DNA of 64,000 bases. Origin: Marsupella aquatica. Its lineage: Eukaryota; Plantae; Marchantiophyta. Below the pieces are notes generated by a model. That model ran no database searches. It saw nothing but the letters and a program-made list of their open reading frames with translations, and was not told where the DNA came from. Position numbers and translations under genes: made by a program. Location: the NCBI GenBank assembly GCA_973895155.1, contig OZ316893.1, positions 15,468,645-15,532,644 on the forward strand, written 5' to 3'. Shown here one piece after another: positions 63,797-64,000 of this stretch. Positions within the stretch are counted from its first letter, which is position 1. The number at the start of each line of letters is the position of its first letter.

Positions 63797-64000
63797 AGTG
63801 CCTCTTGCTCCTCCCTAACCTCTCTATTCCTTTCAGAGTTGTGCAATGCAAGTGAATGACATCCCCGAAGGTTCTTGCTGTTGTGCATGCTTGCTTGGTT
63901 ACTAGTTTAGGGCAACTCTGACACTTAGAATTTTGGGCAAATTTTTAAAAACTCTCGGGAACACAGTTTGCGAAGGTGTTGCGATGCGCATTTGTTCGCA

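Larger units (their letters stand above)
53071..64000. mobile_element. Large CACTA (EnSpm) DNA transposon, other end beyond window
   Basis: Terminus CACTACTACA at 53071, preceded by tgc (predicted 3-bp TSD). Clustered TTCGCA/TGCGAA subterminal motifs at 53090-53450 recur at 62465-62650 and 63965-64000. Encodes TnpD-like and TnpA-like genes. Confidence 0.85.

Overview
Eukaryotic plant nuclear DNA, probably from a non-seed land plant such as a liverwort (inferred from gene content, not proven). The left ~28 kb is gene space. It holds the 5' exon of a photolyase-domain gene running off the left edge, small non-autonomous elements (Helitron-like, MITEs, a SINE-like element), and a head-to-head pair: a GIL1/IRKI (DUF641-family) gene and an intronless HSPA12-type Hsp70 gene, with decayed Hsp70 copies upstream. 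The right ~35 kb is a nest of transposons. A Copia retroelement is split by an 11.3-kb DNA transposon with 11-bp TIRs and a perfect 8-bp TSD. That element encodes a ~1,530-codon P-element-like DDE transposase and carries a captured fragment of the Rubisco assembly factor RAF2. The Copia is cut again by a self-nested Sola-like element followed by RING and RPA-like ORFs. A large CACTA element follows. Its transposase gene is interrupted by a solo LTR and has a SET-domain ORF inside its first coding intron, in splice phase with the shared zinc-binding first exon. The two strongest candidates for new biology are the CACTA-encoded SET protein and the cargo-carrying P-like transposon with its MITE family. 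All family assignments come from reading motifs by eye; no searches were run.
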